The notes under the pieces are model-generated. The model was not told the origin of the DNA. It made no database searches and saw only the letters and a list, made by a program, of their open reading frames with translations. From a virus (Duplodnaviria > Caudoviricetes), in IMG/VR virus record IMGVR_UViG_3300012942_000061, positions 1-49,731 of that record: DNA of 49,731 nt. One strand, 5' to 3'. The position numbers were made by a program, and so were the translations under genes. Of the stretch, positions 46,474-49,731 are shown one piece after another. Positions within the stretch are counted from its first letter, which is position 1. Every line of letters starts with the position of its first letter.

Positions 46474-46777
46474 CTACACTCGTCCTGTTTATATTTATCT
46501 GTATATTATTGTTCGTTACATCAGGCTGCTCATACTTCGCCCACCTACCCAATAACTCTAACATCTGCTTCTTTACACCAATTGCCTGTATCTCATCCCT
46601 TATACTAACCAACTGCTCCCCTATATACTCCCCCGCACGTATCAAATCCAACCGCTTTACACTACGCATAATATCCCCCATCCTACTATCTATATCGTTA
46701 TACCTCACAACACCCACCTCCTGTCGAACAACAGGACTTAAACCCATTCCATCAACTATCTTTTCAAATTCATTCAT
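46460..46777 (-). CDS. Putative terminase small subunit (start MNEFEK)
   Basis: Directly upstream of and overlapping terL; LELLGR...NNNIQININ tail; promoter box 4 nt upstream. Confidence 0.55.
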   Translation of the reverse strand: MNEFEKIVDGMGLSPVVRQEVGVVRYNDIDSRMGDIMRSVKRLDLIRAGEYIGEQLVSIRDEIQAIGVKKQMLELLGRWAKYEQPDVTNNNIQININRTSVDASN

Positions 46778-47185
46778 GCAACAAAGGTAACACACTTTCC
46801 CTAATTATTAATGTATGTAGATTATTTTAATATGTTATTTGAAATTTTTGATTTTGGATATGGGGTGGGGCGTAAGCCGTTTTTTAGGGGCCTTTGGGTT
46901 TCATGGGGGGGGGTAAGATAGTCCGGCAGTGCCCCGATGACGATGCTGATTCATATACAATTACATACAATATTATACATTCCGCTCAATCATGATATTA
47001 GTTAAAACTTTCCTAACTATTTGGAATTGTCGATTTTATTTTGTAATCGCTCCCGACCGTTAATCTTTTGTTGCATTTTTGGTAGTGTAGATTTTATTTT
47101 CCGTATAAGCAACCCGTAATATCTTTTAACTTTAGTTTAACTATAATTTCTTTCGCTTTGTTTGTTTTATTTAAAAAGAAAGTTG

Positions 47186-47193
47186 TATCTTTG
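47186..47193 (+). promoter_or_regulatory. -7 promoter box TATCTTTG for the rightward early genes
   Basis: Consensus match with TTTG upstream at 47161-47164. Confidence 0.7.
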
Positions 47194-47251
47194 TGTCAAC
47201 AAAGCAAGGGAAATGAAGCCCTTTAATTTCTAACACCAAAACAATATAATC

Positions 47252-47581
47252 ATGGGGACTTTCAAAAAAGAAAAATTCAACATAGATAAAGATCAAAACA
47301 ATGTTGAGTTTAAATATTTTTATAATAATAATTTGGGAGAATTGTTTGATATTCATGTTTCAACATCAACGACAAATGGAATTTCTACGTATGTATCTTT
47401 TTTCGAGAAAGGGAAAACAGAAAAGCCTTTTGAAATGAGACATTCAGATCACGTCTCTAACATTCAATTTGGTGAAGTGCTTGATACGGCTTTTGCATTC
47501 AAATCAAATATAAATAGTATTACTCCTTCATTTACAGTTGTCAATCAGGTAAAGAAATTTTTTAGGCATCAAACAAACTAA
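47252..47581 (+). CDS. Hypothetical early protein
   Basis: First ORF after the promoter; EMRHSDH. Confidence 0.6.
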   Translation: MGTFKKEKFNIDKDQNNVEFKYFYNNNLGELFDIHVSTSTTNGISTYVSFFEKGKTEKPFEMRHSDHVSNIQFGEVLDTAFAFKSNINSITPSFTVVNQVKKFFRHQTN

Positions 47582-47647
47582 ATTAACTCCTGGTGAACAA
47601 TTAATCATTCACTTTAAACGCACCGGGCAACGCTCCCGGATAAAATT

Positions 47648-48607
47648 ATGAAATTCACATTCTTAAAAAACAAAAGCGCGTTGAGTAAATTATTCCGCGC
47701 ACATGGGTACATCGTATCTTTAAATTCTTATGTATATACAGATAAGTATCCGGAATTTGACCTGACAGATTACTACAAAGAAAATGCGATAACATGTTAT
47801 AAAGAAAGACAAATGAGGAAGAAGAGAGGCGCAAAACACACACACGATTCAACCCCTGTAAGCAAATTAAAAAAAGAATTGGCGAATAAGCGAAATGCTT
47901 ATGCACTTTCTTTAGCGAAAAATATAAACGATTTGTATAAGTCACGATACGGTGGAATTGATATTAATAGCAATGGAGGGGTTGAGCATGTAGAATATTT
48001 ATATGCAAAGTCTTACGGTTTTCCTGCTAAATGGAAGAATGCAGGAGTAATGATATGCCCCAGCGAGCAAAAAATAAAGGTTTATGATTATCGTAGCAAT
48101 CTGGTAGCTACTTACAAGCTACCGAAATACAAAGAATTACAAAAAAGAATTTTGGGCGATTTTGAGCTTGAGTGCGCATACGCGAAGAAAAGCACCCACG
48201 GGGCCTATAAACTTTATGATAATAACGATAAATTAATATGTTTATCTAAGAAAATGCCCGCCCCGGATGGGGATGGGCAATATTGGGAACATGGGAAAGA
48301 TATTGATACAATTAACGAAGAATATCAAAATAAGGTATCAATTTACAATAAGGAGTTAGCGGAAGCGGCATTGACAAAAAAGATAACGCGCGCAAAATCG
48401 TTAGCAAAACATCTGGTGAACAACTTATGTGTCACTTATGAAGATGCGCGCGCGGTTGGCTATTGTGAAGCGGGAGTAAATAACTTTATAAATAAACACC
48501 TTGCAGGAAAAAGGGAAGTAAAGATTAGTGTATTAAAACGATTCCATCAAACTTCCAGGCTGATTGAATATATGTGTGAGAAAGTAGTAAAGCAAAGATT
48601 CGCATAA
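47648..48607 (+). CDS. Hypothetical early protein
   Basis: 319-aa ORF; C-terminal VTYEDARAVGYCEAGV. Confidence 0.65.
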   Translation: MKFTFLKNKSALSKLFRAHGYIVSLNSYVYTDKYPEFDLTDYYKENAITCYKERQMRKKRGAKHTHDSTPVSKLKKELANKRNAYALSLAKNINDLYKSRYGGIDINSNGGVEHVEYLYAKSYGFPAKWKNAGVMICPSEQKIKVYDYRSNLVATYKLPKYKELQKRILGDFELECAYAKKSTHGAYKLYDNNDKLICLSKKMPAPDGDGQYWEHGKDIDTINEEYQNKVSIYNKELAEAALTKKITRAKSLAKHLVNNLCVTYEDARAVGYCEAGVNNFINKHLAGKREVKISVLKRFHQTSRLIEYMCEKVVKQRFA

Positions 48608-48634
48608 AAATGCCGCCTGGATTGCCGTCAAGGC

Positions 48635-48725
48635 GGCTAACGTTTCGGGCTTGGCGAAGTGCTAATAAAAGAACAAAAATTAATATTAACAATTAGTGCT
48701 GCATTTTGCAAATGCTTTGTTAGGT
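48635..48725 (+). other. attC-like imperfect palindrome
   Basis: GGCTAAC...GTTAGGT core sites enclosing complementary arms TTGGCGAAGTGC / GCATTTTGCAAA. Confidence 0.55.
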
Positions 48726-48752
48726 GTAGTGCTTCTCACAAATTCAAATAAA

Positions 48753-48965
48753 ATGTCAGATTTTAAAGTAGGTTGCTCACCGTTAAGCAGTAGGATTTTT
48801 GCAGGTAAAGTTCTTAAAAACGGAACCTGGGGGAATGTTAAACACGATGTTACCGATACTGCTGTTTGTGCGGTTGCTCAACACTTATTACAACTTGATG
48901 AAAAGTTGCAATTTAAATATCGGGGCAAAGCTTATGAGTTAAAAGTTGTCGAGGTGTCGGAGTAG
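48753..48965 (+). CDS. Hypothetical phage protein (start MSDFKVG)
   Basis: SPLSSRIFAG...KHDVTD.A..AVAQH; the upstream part of the track ORF lies in the attC-like site. Confidence 0.7.
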   Translation: MSDFKVGCSPLSSRIFAGKVLKNGTWGNVKHDVTDTAVCAVAQHLLQLDEKLQFKYRGKAYELKVVEVSE

Positions 48966-48972
48966 TATTACC

Positions 48973-49356
48973 GCACCTACCTCCCAAATATCCTTATTTT
49001 TAACAAATTAAAATAAATATCAAAATGAAAAAATCAATGGATAAAAAAATTTCACAATTACGAACATTTTTCCGGGTGTCAAATGCTGCTTTTGATTTTG
49101 CAAATGCAATTCAGTTAGCATTTAACAAAATTAATATACCAAATAAAATGCAAAAACTTCACAAATTAGCGCTTGAAGAAATAGAAAAAGAAAATCCTGA
49201 CTTGTCAAAAATTGACAAATTATTAGCTGAAATGGAAAAATTAGCTAATAGTCAACCGAAACTGGATTTTCCGAAAGGTGGTGTCTAAACTTGCACCTAC
49301 CTCAAAAATATCCCCATTTTTAACAACCTAAAACAATCAAACATGAAAAAATCAAT
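48973..49356 (+). repeat. ~65-bp imperfect direct repeat (48973-49038 and 49293-49356)
   Basis: GCACCTACCTC..AAATATCC..ATTTTTAACAA..TAAAA...ATGAAAAAATCAAT in both copies. Confidence 0.85.
49025..49288 (+). CDS. Hypothetical protein
   Basis: ORF track; begins inside repeat copy 1. Confidence 0.5.
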   Translation: MKKSMDKKISQLRTFFRVSNAAFDFANAIQLAFNKINIPNKMQKLHKLALEEIEKENPDLSKIDKLLAEMEKLANSQPKLDFPKGGV

Positions 49357-49507
49357 CCCAATAATCCTGTTATCCATTTCCATTTTTAGCTTCATTTTGG
49401 GGCTAAATTTGGAAGGATGGAGGCTAATTTTATCCACTTTTTTGACCATCTTTTGTGGCACTTTTGCAGTACTTTTAGCACCCTATTTATTCAAAAACAA
49501 ATTATAA
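49343..49507 (+). CDS. Small two-TM membrane protein
   Basis: Manual translation MKKSIPIILLSISIFSFILGLNLEGWRLILSTFLTIFCGTFAVLLAPYLFKNKL*. Confidence 0.6.
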   Translation: MKKSIPIILLSISIFSFILGLNLEGWRLILSTFLTIFCGTFAVLLAPYLFKNKL

Positions 49508-49731
49508 ATTAGCATAATTAGTTTACTTTCGTCCTTAACAAGGCTTTATAATACTAAGTAAACGTTTTAATGTTAATTAAATTGTAAATCGTTTACTTTA
49601 ATCCACTGTAAAAATGTATATATGACTAAGAACCATCAATATACACAGATAAATACGTCTAAGTATACTAATATTGTAAAAGTAAAACCAAAAAAGTTCT
49701 GTAGAAATTTTTTTTTTTTTTTTACTGTAAA

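Noticed and set aside
49508-49731. AT-rich end with a long T run as a terminator or genome terminus
   Set aside because: No clear stem and no match to the window start; it may be a low-quality contig end.

Overview
Near-complete (~49.7 kb) genome of a tailed, siphovirus-like dsDNA phage. The host is probably Bacteroidota, judged from repeated TAnnTTTG -7 promoter boxes, Q-rule signal peptides and a BT4734/PriCT-2/VapE-type primase. The + strand (1-14.8 kb and 47.2-49.5 kb) carries early, replication and DNA-modification genes. The - strand (46.8 to 14.8 kb) carries terminase, tail, portal, three glycosyltransferases, scaffold, capsid, fibre and lysis genes in a non-canonical order. No integrase, repressor, tRNA or CRISPR array was seen. 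Most notable: (1) four consecutive fibre-like or accessory genes with export signals and many Bacteroidota O-glycosylation sequons, next to a papain-like protease, in a phage with Cys-rich virion proteins, a membrane CxxC protein and a glycosyltransferase trio, which together suggest an export-linked virion maturation/decoration system; (2) a C5 DNA methyltransferase whose motif IX lies in a nested +1-frame gene and whose 5' end was duplicated around an HNH gene; (3) an intact solo TnpB element plus a 296-bp miniature TnpB element flanking one head gene; (4) an attC-like site and cassette-like repeats in the early region; (5) H-type pseudoknots in the capsid and major-tail leaders; (6) an unannotated -1 frameshift in a tail assembly chaperone. 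All product calls come from motif recognition by eye; no database searches were run.
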